64,000 bases of DNA from the IMG/VR virus record IMGVR_UViG_3300015370_000516, positions 21,472 to 85,471 of that record, one strand, 5' to 3'. The notes under the pieces are model-generated. The model saw nothing but the letters and a program-made list of their open reading frames with translations, was not told where the DNA came from and did no database searches. This DNA is from a virus (taxonomy: Duplodnaviria > Caudoviricetes). The position numbers and the translations under genes were made by a program. Below, piece after piece: positions 63,428 to 64,000 of the stretch; the stretch's first letter is position 1; each line of letters opens with the position of its first letter.

Positions 63428-64000
63428 ATGCTTCGTAAATTCACAGTAAGTCTAAATCTTGGTAACACTGGTAAGCTCAACCAGCTTAGAGCTTATGCTG
63501 TGGAATATGTTCAGGTAGTTCAGTCTTACATAGACATTCTCTGGGAACAGGAAATATTTATCGGATCATTCATTTCCAAAGAAATATAAGATCAAGTTGG
63601 CACTTGGTTAGGTTCAGCATCCCAGCAATGTGCTGGGAAACAGGCATTGGCCATAGTCAAATCCCAGAGAAAGAAACCGGAGAATGAAAGAACTAAACCC
63701 GAATTCAAAGGTAACTCCCTGGATTTGAATGCTAACATTGTCATGATTTCAGATGGTGATAATTCCTTTGATTTATGGATCAAATTTAAAGGAGTAGGTA
63801 AGCATATCATCTTTGAAATTCCAGCTAAAAAACATCACCATTTCAACAAATACCTGGATTGGATTCGTAAGAAATCTGCCAGACTTAGAATATCAACTAA
63901 AGGTAACTTTTACCTTGACATCTTCTTTGAAAAAGAACAACCAGAACCTAAACAGGATGGTAACATCATTGGACTTGATTGTGGTTTCAATAAGTTACTG
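63428..64000 (+). pseudogene. tnpB: Family-2 tnpB with an in-frame TAA at 63587, truncated by window end
   Basis: MLRKFTVSL...SKEI*DQVGTWLGSASQQCAGKQAL...FYLDIFFEKE...IIGLDCGFNKLL (RuvC-I); missed by the ORF track. Confidence 0.85.

Noticed and set aside
1-64000. Stop-codon reassignment (alternative genetic code)
   Set aside because: Core genes are full length in the standard code and TAA, TAG and TGA all end coupled genes; only tnpB3 has an internal stop
1-64000. Inteins, group I/II introns, DGR or retron
   Set aside because: No intein or homing-endonuclease motifs in PolA, DnaB, RecA or TerL; no reverse transcriptase; no template/variable repeat pair seen

Overview
64 kb internal segment of a large contractile-tailed dsDNA bacteriophage (myovirus-like). 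Almost all genes are on the + strand and tightly coupled, often by ATGA or TAATG overlaps. No rRNA, tRNA, CRISPR array or integrase was seen. Modules in order: baseplate and tail proteins (1-11.8 kb); a sigma70-family factor and SF2 helicase; an iteron-type origin candidate (14.7-15.2 kb); a replisome (DnaC-like loader, DnaB, primase Zn-finger, DnaX, beta clamp, UDG-PolA fusion); recombination genes (RecA, SSB-like, RuvC-like, split SbcC plus SbcD); terminase and a portal-MuF fusion; a 13.5 kb glycan synthesis and decoration cluster; and a mosaic lysis cassette containing a stand-alone PAS protein. Five beta-class DNA methyltransferases are scattered through the window and share a C-terminal [TN]F[LM][DE][LT]L tail. 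Two families of tnpB elements are present. Hairpin-ended IS200/IS605-type elements sit at ATGA stop/start overlaps in 3 of 4 cases. A second family survives as promoter-fronted ~160-170 nt tnpB 3'-end units that look like stand-alone omega-RNA genes, with a matching inverted end upstream of a tnpB at the window edge. All functional calls rest on motif recognition by eye; no searches were run.
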